From positions 64,001 to 128,000 of the forward strand of contig JBDREQ010000066.1 in NCBI GenBank assembly GCA_043819555.1: DNA of 64,000 nt. The letters are read 5' to 3'. This DNA is from Candidatus Zixiibacteriota bacterium (GTDB lineage Bacteria > Zixibacteria > MSB-5A5 > GN15 > JAAZOE01). Shown piece by piece: positions 8,427-17,622 of the stretch. The notes beneath the pieces were generated by a model, which saw only the letters and a list, made by a program, of their open reading frames with translations, was not told where the DNA came from and did no database searches. The stretch's first letter is position 1, and each line of letters starts with the position of its first letter. Position numbers and translations under genes: made by a program.

Positions 8427-10721
8427 TTAATAACTCATGACTTCTTCAACGGCCGCTATAACTTTCTTATTATTTGGCAGACAAATATCATCGCCGTCAA
8501 CTCCATAAGCCACCCGCGAATCGATAGCTGTCACTAATTTAATCGGAGCTTCAAGATAATTAATCGCATCACATCTAGTGATTACGCTCGAAATCGTCGC
8601 CGCCACTCCCCCGTACCAGCGATCTTCCGTAATGACAACAACCCGTCCGCATTCCTCGGCGGAATTAATGATCGTTTCTTCATCCATTGGCCGCAGCGTC
8701 CTCAAATCAACGACCCGCGCGCCAATTCCCTTTTCTTTGCATATCTCAGCCGCTCGACGGGCCAGATGAACTGTCGCACCGTAAGTGATAATCGCGACAT
8801 CTTTGTGCTCGGGATAATAAACCTTGGCCTGCCCAAAGGGAATCATTTCATCAAACGGCGGATATTCAGTTTCGACCGGCACCCCTTCCCAGTCGCGCCG
8901 GTTATACAACGCCACTGACTCACAGAATAGAACCGGGTCATTACAGGCATACGCCGTCCGCAAAAGTCCGGCGGCGTCATACGCATTCGATGGCACAACC
9001 ACATGTAAACCTGGCATATTTATGAACGTGCCGATATTGGCTTCGCTGTGCCAGAACGCACCCGCGCCCTGCTTATATCCTCCATAAGAAACCCGAACCA
9101 CCATCTGCGCCGTCCATTGGCGATTGGACCTCTGATAAAGAGTGCAAATCCGGTCTTTGAGAATTTGATATCCTGGCGAAATATAATCGAGGAATTGAAT
9201 TTCCGGAATCGGCCGACGACCTTGAAAAGTATGACCGATAGCACGCCCAAGAATACCGGCTTCGTCAAGAGGCGTATTAAAGCTGCGGCTCTTGCCAAAT
9301 TCACGCTGGAGATTTTTGGAAACGAGAAACACCCCGCCTTTGCCTTTGAGATTTTTCATCTTTTCAGGATGATTCAATATTTCGCCGGAAAAATCGCCAA
9401 CGTCTTCGCCGAAGACCAGGGCGTCCTGGGAATGAGCCAGGATTTCCATCAGGGAATAATTAATCGCCGAGCGCATTGTCATCGGTCCCAGATTCTCCGG
9501 GACATCCGGCTTGGGAAAATATTTTTTCTTATGATATTCAACGAATATTTTCTTGCGATCAATTTTGGCAACCTTCAATATTTCCGTCCATGTTTTCTGG
9601 GCATTTTCAAAAGAATAATCGTAAACCTTGGTTTCCACATCTTCCAGTCGTTTCGGTTGATAGTTTTTAACCGCCTTTTCCGATTCCTCCATAACCGTCT
9701 TATTTATCTCATCCATCATCTGGCCGATTTGTTTGGGAGTAATCACGCCATCTTTAATAAATGTCAAACCGGTTTTCAAGGTGCAGTCGTTCTCGGTATG
9801 CCATTTCTGCAATTCGGGGTCCATGTAAAACGACTGGTCATCCGAACCGGAATGCGACTCCTCACGGGTAACTTTGATATTCATCAATACCGGCCCGGCC
9901 CCGCTGCGAGCATAATCAATCGCCTCGCGCACGTTTTTGATCGATTCTTTTATATCAGTGCCATCGAAACGAAAAATCTTAAGGCCAAAACGCTGGAATC
10001 CCTCAAATGGAGTCGTCGGATCGCCTTCCGGAAATTGTTCTTCGACCGAAACTGAAATGGCCCAGCCGCAATTATAAATGGCATAAACATTGGGCGATTT
10101 ATCAAAGACCGAATAGAAAACGGCTCGGGCAAATTCCGGCGAGGAAGTGCTCCCTTCGCCAATGGAACAATACACGACCGTATCTTTGGGATATCGCCCG
10201 CCGGGATACACCGCCTGCTCTGAGATTGGCGCCGGATGAATAATCGCGCCCCCCAATCCCGCCGCTTCAAGGGCATGCGAGCCAGTCGGCGATGCTTGAG
10301 GCAGGATTCCTTTTTCGGGATAGGCCGAATGCGACGGCTGCAGCATACCTCCCACCGCCTGACCACGGCGATCGCCGATCGCCTCCAGCATCTTTTCATG
10401 AACCGATATGCCTCGATGCATATCAAAACCTTTGTTGCGATAATATCCGCTGAAGGGATCGTTGGTTCGGAGAAACTGGGCCGCGACTATATCAATCATT
10501 TCCTTGCCACCGCAACCAATTACAAATCGACAATGACCTTTTCGCAAAAGCAACTTTTCTTCCATCTCAATGCGCCGAGCCATTAGCATTGAGTAGAGCA
10601 TTTTTCTAAGTTCGCTGACTTTCAAGCCGCCATAAGCCGGCAACGCCTGCCCCGCTTTTTTGGCCGCACCTTTTTTGCCCTTATATTTTCTTAGTTTTTC
10701 CGATAACTCTTTTATATGCAC
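8427..10721 (-). CDS. 2-oxoacid dehydrogenase E1, fused alpha+beta subunits (branched-chain type likely)
   Basis: ThDP motif GEGSTS...NCGWAIS and HSGSDD; beta-subunit motifs GEDVG, FNTPLDEAGI, EIQFLDY, HSEA and VVDLRTLRP. GTG start at 10721 follows GGGAGG. Confidence 0.9.
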   Translation of the reverse strand: MHIKELSEKLRKYKGKKGAAKKAGQALPAYGGLKVSELRKMLYSMLMARRIEMEEKLLLRKGHCRFVIGCGGKEMIDIVAAQFLRTNDPFSGYYRNKGFDMHRGISVHEKMLEAIGDRRGQAVGGMLQPSHSAYPEKGILPQASPTGSHALEAAGLGGAIIHPAPISEQAVYPGGRYPKDTVVYCSIGEGSTSSPEFARAVFYSVFDKSPNVYAIYNCGWAISVSVEEQFPEGDPTTPFEGFQRFGLKIFRFDGTDIKESIKNVREAIDYARSGAGPVLMNIKVTREESHSGSDDQSFYMDPELQKWHTENDCTLKTGLTFIKDGVITPKQIGQMMDEINKTVMEESEKAVKNYQPKRLEDVETKVYDYSFENAQKTWTEILKVAKIDRKKIFVEYHKKKYFPKPDVPENLGPMTMRSAINYSLMEILAHSQDALVFGEDVGDFSGEILNHPEKMKNLKGKGGVFLVSKNLQREFGKSRSFNTPLDEAGILGRAIGHTFQGRRPIPEIQFLDYISPGYQILKDRICTLYQRSNRQWTAQMVVRVSYGGYKQGAGAFWHSEANIGTFINMPGLHVVVPSNAYDAAGLLRTAYACNDPVLFCESVALYNRRDWEGVPVETEYPPFDEMIPFGQAKVYYPEHKDVAIITYGATVHLARRAAEICKEKGIGARVVDLRTLRPMDEETIINSAEECGRVVVITEDRWYGGVAATISSVITRCDAINYLEAPIKLVTAIDSRVAYGVDGDDICLPNNKKVIAAVEEVMSY

Positions 10722-10921
10722 AGCCGCCTCCCCACAGGATTTGCTGATAGAAGTTTTACATGAGACAAATTTAAATAATACAATTTCATAACCGCTATCA
10801 ACTACATTTTCCTTCGCCAAAAATTGACCGGTCAAATAACTATTGAATCAAATACGCATATTATTATCCACTATTGGAAAAATTCTTGATTCACCACACT
10901 CATTTGTGCGGTAACAGGATA

Positions 10922-10980
10922 GTCATTTTTTGACATAAACGAGATTGACAAATTTGTCATTATATTTATATTATGACAAA
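10922..10980 (+). promoter_or_regulatory. Sigma70 promoter overlapped by TGACA/TGTCA palindromes (putative operators)
   Basis: TTGACA at 10945 with TATATT/TATTAT -10; TGACA-AATT-TGTCA and TTTGTCAT-N12-ATGACAAA. Confidence 0.5.
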
Positions 10981-11023
10981 GACGGTATAGATACACGTAC
11001 TTTTCCCAAAACTGAGGGAACAG

Positions 11024-12595
11024 ATGAAGAGAAAAATCTCAAATAGATTAATCTTAATTTGCTGGGGATTGATTTATTTTCTTCTGTCCGGGTGCGGCGG
11101 CAAACTGGTCAGCCCTGAAAATGATAATGTCCCCTATGAAATAAAAATCGATTACAAACACGATGTCCATTTGGGTTACTTCGCCGAAGTTTCCATTGAT
11201 TTTACCGGTGATTTTTCGCAAGTATCTGCCTTAGACTTAAGAATCGCGTATGATCCTGCCTGCCTCTATTTTGCAGAAGCATATCCCGGTGGCTTTCTTG
11301 TCAATAACAAGTGGATTTATTTTTCATACAATCACGTTCCAAAAATCGATACGGGCGATGTGCATAAACCTCCGATGATTCATCTATATGCCTTCAAAGG
11401 CAACGGTACAGACCCAATTCTATCAGAGACTCCAACCGCAGACTCTACCGCAATAGTTACGCTGACTTTCTTGGTAAAAGACAACCCCGATAATTCCTAT
11501 ACCTTCTCGCCCATAAGGTTCTACTGGGAAGACTGTTACGATAATTTGGTGTTTACCGATTTCACTGATAGCGCCATCTCCGTCGCAGCCGTCTATGATA
11601 CTGGGCAGCTTATTTGGTTAAATGAATTTAATGAAACCGGTAATGGTTTCACTCCCTTTATATGCCCCGAAGAGTCGCAGATTGTGTTTTTGCCCATATT
11701 GAATTTCTCAAATGGCGGATTTAATTTTTCCGGTGATACGACCATCTATGGCGCCCGTGGTGATATAAATATAAATGGGGTGCCTTTTGAAATTGCTGAT
11801 GCGGTAATGTTGACGAGTTTTTTCATATCCGGATATTCCGCATTTGGAAGTCATATAGATAGTTCAATTGCTGCCTCAGATGTCAATAATAATGGCATTC
11901 CCCTCGAAGTAGCCGATTTAGATTACCTCATACGCATCATACAAGGTGATGGCCTCCCCTACTGGTATCTGACTGACGTTAAACCTGTCGAGATTATTCA
12001 TTATACCGATGGAGAAAACCATTCAATCTACTATGATTCCCCATATGACCTGGGGGGTATGTTCTTTGAATTTGAAGTGACAGGAGATGTTTCCCAACCA
12101 ATCCTGATTGATAACGCCAACGGTATGGATATAATTTCGCATTTTGGTTCGGGCGTATTCAGAATACTCATTTACAATATCGGAAGTGAAAAAATTGAAG
12201 AAGGCAACGGAAGTATTTTGAGTTTTCAATCTTCCGGCGATGTCAATTTAAATTATATCGAAATTTCGCATTATGAGGGCATCACCGTACCTGTTGAAAT
12301 CAACAGCGAACCAACTGTCTTTGAATTAATGCAGAATTACCCAAACCCGTTTAGCGCTTCAACCGCGATTCAAATCGCTCTGGCTTTCGAATCCGATTGG
12401 ACTATTGAGATATTTAATATGATCGGCGAGATAAAAAGAACTTTGAATGGCCATTCAACTGCCGGTATGATTGAGATTATCTGGGACGGTAAAGATGATA
12501 ACGGCGACGATGTCCCTGGCGGTGTCTATTTTTATCGCTGTACCGCCGGCGGCCAAACAAACACCAAAAAAATGATGCTCCTGAGAGAGCCATAA
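11024..12595 (+). CDS. Lipoprotein with cohesin-like, dockerin-like and FlgD-Ig/T9SS-like C-terminal domains
   Basis: Lipobox LSGC; cohesin-like SALDLRIAYDPACLYF; paired EF-hand loops RGDININGVPFEIADAV and SDVNNNGIPLEVADL; C-terminal QNYPNPF...WDGKDDNGDDVPGGVYFYR..KKMMLLR. Confidence 0.75.
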   Translation: MKRKISNRLILICWGLIYFLLSGCGGKLVSPENDNVPYEIKIDYKHDVHLGYFAEVSIDFTGDFSQVSALDLRIAYDPACLYFAEAYPGGFLVNNKWIYFSYNHVPKIDTGDVHKPPMIHLYAFKGNGTDPILSETPTADSTAIVTLTFLVKDNPDNSYTFSPIRFYWEDCYDNLVFTDFTDSAISVAAVYDTGQLIWLNEFNETGNGFTPFICPEESQIVFLPILNFSNGGFNFSGDTTIYGARGDININGVPFEIADAVMLTSFFISGYSAFGSHIDSSIAASDVNNNGIPLEVADLDYLIRIIQGDGLPYWYLTDVKPVEIIHYTDGENHSIYYDSPYDLGGMFFEFEVTGDVSQPILIDNANGMDIISHFGSGVFRILIYNIGSEKIEEGNGSILSFQSSGDVNLNYIEISHYEGITVPVEINSEPTVFELMQNYPNPFSASTAIQIALAFESDWTIEIFNMIGEIKRTLNGHSTAGMIEIIWDGKDDNGDDVPGGVYFYRCTAGGQTNTKKMMLLREP

Positions 12596-12624
12596 AAAAA
12601 GACAGGAGCACGACTCCTGCCTTA
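12595..12624 (-). terminator. Terminator between convergent genes
   Basis: AAGGCAGGAG-tcgtg-CTCCTGTCTTTTTT on the minus strand. Confidence 0.7.
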
Positions 12625-12662
12625 AATAAGTATTCCAAAATCTTAATTTGCTCAAGAGAAAA

Positions 12663-13340
12663 TCAGCCTCCACCCCCCATTCGTCGATTTTCTCCATCCA
12701 TCATCCGACCCCGCCGCTGTTCCATCTGCTGTCGTCGTTCGTCTTTTATCTTTTGATATTCTATTTTTTGTTCTTCGTTCAATATCGCTTCAATATTTTT
12801 ATCAGACTCTTCGCCGATGCCCTGCATCGCCTCGCGCATTTCTCCGCGATCCCGACTGCCGCTTCTCATTTCATCCATAAGAATCTGGCGGTCGTTATTC
12901 GCCGTTTCCAGAATTTTGCCAATTTTCTCTTGCTGTTCCTCCGTCAATTGCAGCCGCTCGGTGAGCGCTTTCATCTGATCATCTCCCGACCATTCTCTGG
13001 CAAATTCCATTTTTTTCAATTTCTTCTTCTGGCGATCATCCAGAATAAAGCCTATCCGTTTATGAATTTTATCAAACCATGCCTGCCGGCTTTCTCGATC
13101 ACCTCGTCCACTTTCAGTTTTTTGGGAACGATTTTCCTGCCACTCGGCTCGCGTCTCCATCCGCTTACTAAACTCCTCAATCAGGATCGGACGAATCTGA
13201 TCCTTTTGGCTGGAACTGAGTTTTAATTCTTTATCAAGAATCTCGATATGACGGTCAGCCCAATCCTCGGCCTCATCGGCGAAAGCAAGGCCAGCCACCA
13301 GAAGAGCTAAAAAAATCACAAAACCAAAAATAAACTTCAC
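12663..13340 (-). CDS. Periplasmic Spy/CpxP-like (LTxxQ-type) helical protein
   Basis: Signal peptide; repeated LKLSSSQKDQIR, LDDRQKKK, LQLTEEQQEKI and ILNEEQKIEY. Confidence 0.7.
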   Translation of the reverse strand: MKFIFGFVIFLALLVAGLAFADEAEDWADRHIEILDKELKLSSSQKDQIRPILIEEFSKRMETRAEWQENRSQKTESGRGDRESRQAWFDKIHKRIGFILDDRQKKKLKKMEFAREWSGDDQMKALTERLQLTEEQQEKIGKILETANNDRQILMDEMRSGSRDRGEMREAMQGIGEESDKNIEAILNEEQKIEYQKIKDERRQQMEQRRGRMMDGENRRMGGGG

Positions 13341-13375
13341 AATCTCCTCCTCAATACTATATTTTTCATCAATAT

Positions 13376-13404
13376 ATTAGACAAAAAACAGAGAGTAAAG
13401 TCTA
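13376..13404 (-). promoter_or_regulatory. RpoE-like ECF promoter for the Spy-like gene
   Basis: Minus strand AGACTT-N16-TCTAA, close to GAACTT-N16-TCTRA. Confidence 0.55.
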
Positions 13405-13741
13405 ATTATTTTTTGTTATTGTAGCCGTTGAGTGTCTTCAAACGTTGATAATACGTAATGGCTAAGGCGCTGAGCTGTGGGACCAGGCACAGCGCCTTAT
13501 CTGGGAGGGATATTAAAGGTTGTCCAATAACGCAATTACAAGTGGATTAAATCCACAACAACCTGTACTCATTAACATACAAATTTAAAATACGCAACAA
13601 TTATTATCCATTTTGGGCAATTATATTACATAATATTCAGCATAATCAGAAATTCCAGACCATAAAATTAGATGATTGTTTCATTTATTGAACAATCAAA
13701 GCCTGCATGGCAAATGATATAATTGGCTGTTAAACAATCAA

Positions 13742-14962
13742 TTAATAGACTATTTGAGGTCCTATTCCGGGAGCAGAGCCGTCTCTGAAGATATAATTGA
13801 CCAAATACACTGCATCGCCAATGTTGACGTATTTATCCATGTTAACATTTGCTCTCCAGCCGGGCCATGCAGGCGGTGGGCCATTTTTGAAAATACGATT
13901 TATCAGAAAAACAGCATCGCCGACATCCACTCCCCAATCGCCGTTTGCGTCCCCTGGCCGGTAATTAAAATCTATATGCACCGGACCGTCGCCGACATTA
14001 TACGTACTTACTATTTGCCCCTGAGAATTAATGCGGAATATCCTGTCACCAAAAGTGCAGGCAAAAGACGTGGTATCCTGATAGGCGACAATTCCCATCG
14101 ACCCGGAATCGACATAAATCGGATTATCCGCGTCATGATAAATTTCGAATGTCTCACAGTTATAGGAATAGACTTCGCCGTCATCGGCCCATCCTCCGGC
14201 GGAAATGTACGCCACATTGTCGGCCCCAATGGCCAGCAGACTCGGATCACCGCCCAGTACTTTAGAGTCAATAATTGTATTTGTAACGGGATCTAAACGA
14301 TATGCCTTTCCGCGATTCGCCCAGTAATCTCCGGTGCATATGCAATGAATTATTCCATGCCTGTCGATCGCCAAAAACTGAGGATTGGTGCTGGTCAGGA
14401 TTTCATAATCATTCATAACGGTATCGGCAAGACAGTCATAAACGACTACTTGTCCCTGCCCCCAGGCATATGTATTAAAATCATAAGCGGTAACGGCGAT
14501 ATAGGCGCGATCGCCATAGATAATCATTCCCTCGGGCGATTGCCCCACTTCAATAACCTCAACGATTTCACGGGAGGAAACGTCTATTTTAGCAACACTG
14601 TTGTTGACCATCAGGGTAACATAGAGATATTGATCATTGAGAAAAGCCATCCAGAATGGATTGCTGTATTCAGGCAGTTCAATCCATCCCGCAGTCGATT
14701 CATTGTTCAAATTTATTATTTGAATTTCTGATGTCCCGGATAAGACGACATAGGCTAATGTATCTCTTATAATAATTTGGTTGGGAAAGCAATAAATATC
14801 CGATCCGACCGCGATTATGTTGTTTGTAACATGTCCTGTATTCAAATCGATTTTTGACAGTGTTTCACCCGAGGCATTGACGACGTAAGCTATCGGATCG
14901 GCGGCGAATATAATTGATGAATAAAACAGCGCCAAAAATAGAAAACATCCAAAGCGTGTCAT
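13742..14962 (-). CDS. YncE/BtuG-like beta-propeller with C-terminal dockerin
   Basis: YVTN-like blades (AYVVNASGETLSKID, LYVTLMVNNSVAKID, VGQSPEGM); duplicated dockerin repeat GDANGDWGVDVGDAVFLINRIF / NVNMDKYVNIGDAVYLVNYIF; overlaps the btuB stop. Confidence 0.8.
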   Translation of the reverse strand: MTRFGCFLFLALFYSSIIFAADPIAYVVNASGETLSKIDLNTGHVTNNIIAVGSDIYCFPNQIIIRDTLAYVVLSGTSEIQIINLNNESTAGWIELPEYSNPFWMAFLNDQYLYVTLMVNNSVAKIDVSSREIVEVIEVGQSPEGMIIYGDRAYIAVTAYDFNTYAWGQGQVVVYDCLADTVMNDYEILTSTNPQFLAIDRHGIIHCICTGDYWANRGKAYRLDPVTNTIIDSKVLGGDPSLLAIGADNVAYISAGGWADDGEVYSYNCETFEIYHDADNPIYVDSGSMGIVAYQDTTSFACTFGDRIFRINSQGQIVSTYNVGDGPVHIDFNYRPGDANGDWGVDVGDAVFLINRIFKNGPPPAWPGWRANVNMDKYVNIGDAVYLVNYIFRDGSAPGIGPQIVY

Positions 14963-17325
14963 GGTTTTTCTCCTGCTGCATTATTGGCTAATGATTTGTG
15001 GGGAAACTGGTAAGTCAGAGATAAATCAATACTCCAATCTCTACCCGGCATCGGGAATTGGCCGATGAGCGTATATTTTTCATCCCTGAGGTTTTTAATC
15101 CGGTACATGGTTTCAATCCCTATATTTGAGTGCTTAAGCTGAAGCCCAATATGAAAATCGTCAATTCGATAGGAATCATACCATTTGGTATTGGCGTCCA
15201 ATGCGTATCTTTTATCAACCAATCGTATCGAATATTGTCCCACTGCTTTCCAAATCGACAATTTTGTTTGAACTGTCGCCGTATATCGGGGCCGGTAGGT
15301 TAAATCCTTGTTATTGCTGTTTCCGGCGGCTTTGTTCTTGGGAACCAGTACAGTATTTTGATAGGAAATTTCGAGGTGTTTGGAAAATAGTCCGAGTCGA
15401 ACAAAATCTTCATGTCCGGTAATTCTGGCCGCGACGAGATTCTCCGGTTTCCAGGCGAACCCCGGCGATGTCAGGTGCCATACGATTATATCTTTAACAT
15501 AATTGTGGAAATATGTAATCCCGGCTGATATGTCAATTATTCCATTGTATTCAATTTCAAATCCCGCCTCGCTTTGTTCAGATATCTCCGGCCTAAGTAG
15601 CGGATTCCCGACAGCCCATGCGTCGCTCTTCCAAAACAGAGCAACCAAAGCGGGCAATTGAAACGACGTCCCATAATTTCCGCGAAGAGTCATGCGAAAT
15701 ATTTTGCCTGCAGAAACGGCAAGACCAATTTTTTTTGAAAGAATATTCGATGACGACGGTTGGTTCTCACCATCTTGATTGACATTAAATTCATTAAATG
15801 TGCGACTGTAATCGTGGCGAAGATCGCCATTGAATATCACGGATATAGAAGAATCTGATATTTCAAATTTCCTTCGAAGGCTGACAAAAACAGCTCCGCT
15901 TTTTCTTACAGTATTCCCAAGTGATTGAGTTGGGTGGAGTATATCTTTATGATCAAATCTATCGCGGCGTATAGAAATCCCGCTCTGGATATCGCCCAGG
16001 GCTGGAGATAAATAAATATTGAGAGCGTCAAAAGAAAATTTTTCGGTGAATGATTTATTTTCGGCCTTCTGAAACGGTTTGGCCGCCTCAATATTATTAT
16101 GGTACTGAGTAAACTTCGACGCGCTCAATGTCAATCTTATATTGTGTCGTGATGTTGGAATATATGCAAAAGCGGCGCTGCCCAATATCCGATTATCATC
16201 TTTATAGGCCAGATCATTTTGCTGACTCTCCGGACCGGGCATACCATATCTCGATGAGTAAATCTGACCAGTATATCTCAAGAGTGATTTTAAAGAGCAA
16301 TCATATTGTCCCGAAACAAAATAATTTTCTCGCATTGAATAAGAATTCCGTCGAACATCGGACTTAATTACTCCAACCGGCTGAGTAACATATACATAAT
16401 CAAAGTCGCCGTTCGTTCTGTAATGGTTATAGCTGAATTTATTAACTATCCCTGAATTTGGTAATATGTCGGTGGCGGTAAAATCTGTCGCTTCAGTCTT
16501 CCATTTGCCCAATCCATGGTTAAATGATAATTCCGCCTGGTTCTTTCGGCCCATGGCCTGAGTTATTATATTGACAACTCCACCCATCGCCCCTGCTCCA
16601 AATCTCGCCGACGAACTCCCTCGGTATATTTCAACTCGCTCAACGATTTTAAGGGGTATTAGGCTCAGATCGGCAACGCCATCCTCTGCGTTATTCAAAG
16701 GATGACCATCAATCATAATCAGAACATGACGCGCCTCGCATCCTCGAATGCTAACAGTTTTCCTGCCTCCGCTTCCCGATTCAAAAACCGCTACTCCATT
16801 GGCGTTGTCAAGAAGGTCGCCGAGATCCTCCGCCTTTGATTCAATGATATTGGTTCGGTTGATAATTTCAAAATCGGTTGATCTGTGAGACGATTTTTGG
16901 GCAATAACAATTGTCGAATCTAATCTGTAAATTTTCCGTTCAAGATAAATAGTCAAATTACAGGACACATCGGGGCTAATTTCAATAGTTGATTCTTCAG
17001 ATTCAGAATACCCCTCCGCAGTAACGGCCACAGAAACGAATCCAACCGGCAGATGCTCAAATTGATAATACCCAGAATTATCCGTTTGGGTTATATAATT
17101 AGAGTTGGAAATATTGATTGAAGCTCGGCTTACGGGAGAGCCGTCAGCCTTATCATAAACCCGCCCCGATAATTTTATGGTCGATTGCCCTACTGCTTGA
17201 CTGCCAATTGATAACAAGGCAATCAATAGCACAACTACTCTTGAGCTGGCGGCGGTTCGCGGCGTGACGGGAAATATGCAAGAAAAAATCCCGACAACGC
17301 CTCTTGTCAGTCGGGAAAGCTTCAA
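14959..17325 (-). CDS. btuB: TonB-dependent receptor, probable cobalamin transporter, with N-terminal carboxypeptidase-like domain
   Basis: Plug motifs SIRG..HVLIMIDG and VERVEIYRGSSSARFGAGAMGGVVNII; GNPLLRPE; C-terminal FPMPGR..LTYQF; cobalamin riboswitch directly upstream. Confidence 0.85.
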   Translation of the reverse strand: MKLSRLTRGVVGIFSCIFPVTPRTAASSRVVVLLIALLSIGSQAVGQSTIKLSGRVYDKADGSPVSRASINISNSNYITQTDNSGYYQFEHLPVGFVSVAVTAEGYSESEESTIEISPDVSCNLTIYLERKIYRLDSTIVIAQKSSHRSTDFEIINRTNIIESKAEDLGDLLDNANGVAVFESGSGGRKTVSIRGCEARHVLIMIDGHPLNNAEDGVADLSLIPLKIVERVEIYRGSSSARFGAGAMGGVVNIITQAMGRKNQAELSFNHGLGKWKTEATDFTATDILPNSGIVNKFSYNHYRTNGDFDYVYVTQPVGVIKSDVRRNSYSMRENYFVSGQYDCSLKSLLRYTGQIYSSRYGMPGPESQQNDLAYKDDNRILGSAAFAYIPTSRHNIRLTLSASKFTQYHNNIEAAKPFQKAENKSFTEKFSFDALNIYLSPALGDIQSGISIRRDRFDHKDILHPTQSLGNTVRKSGAVFVSLRRKFEISDSSISVIFNGDLRHDYSRTFNEFNVNQDGENQPSSSNILSKKIGLAVSAGKIFRMTLRGNYGTSFQLPALVALFWKSDAWAVGNPLLRPEISEQSEAGFEIEYNGIIDISAGITYFHNYVKDIIVWHLTSPGFAWKPENLVAARITGHEDFVRLGLFSKHLEISYQNTVLVPKNKAAGNSNNKDLTYRPRYTATVQTKLSIWKAVGQYSIRLVDKRYALDANTKWYDSYRIDDFHIGLQLKHSNIGIETMYRIKNLRDEKYTLIGQFPMPGRDWSIDLSLTYQFPHKSLANNAAGEKP

Positions 17326-17363
17326 CGCTCCCTCCCTCGAGGGCTGTCGAATTACAGGTCCTG

Positions 17364-17530
17364 ACTTCGGTAGGTCTCCTGGCTTGCGGCATCAAACCTA
17401 ACGGGCTCCCTTCCCCCCGAAATTGAAATCCGGGAGTGGAATATGAGCCTTTCGTAACCGCATACAGTAGCGGGGCTGCGACGGCATTGCACCGTCTTCC
17501 CTATTATCCGCGGCGCGGACCGAAATCGTC
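17364..17530 (-). ncRNA. Cobalamin riboswitch
   Basis: Minus strand has AATAGGGAAGACGGTGCAATGCCGTCGCAGCCCCGCTACTGTA...CCACT...GGGAAG...AAGCCAGGAGACCTA (B12 box). Confidence 0.95.
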
Positions 17531-17539
17531 TACGGTGAT

Positions 17540-17568
17540 AGTATATGCCAAGAGCCGGACTATGTCAA
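17540..17568 (-). promoter_or_regulatory. Sigma70 promoter for riboswitch/btuB
   Basis: TTGACA-N17-TATACT. Confidence 0.75.
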
Positions 17569-17569
17569 T

Positions 17570-17596
17570 AAAAAACCCCGCCGGTAGGCGGGGTTG
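17570..17596 (-). terminator. Rho-independent terminator
   Basis: AACCCCGCC-tacc-GGCGGGGTTTTTT. Confidence 0.8.
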
Positions 17597-17622
17597 AAAA
17601 TTTACTTCTGAACCATAGGTAA

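Noticed and set aside
9048..10055. 335-aa ORF on the + strand
   Set aside because: Antisense shadow of the E1 gene.
12648..13226. Hydrophobic 192-aa ORF on the + strand
   Set aside because: Antisense to the purine-rich Spy-like gene, which has an RBS, a signal peptide and an ECF-type promoter.
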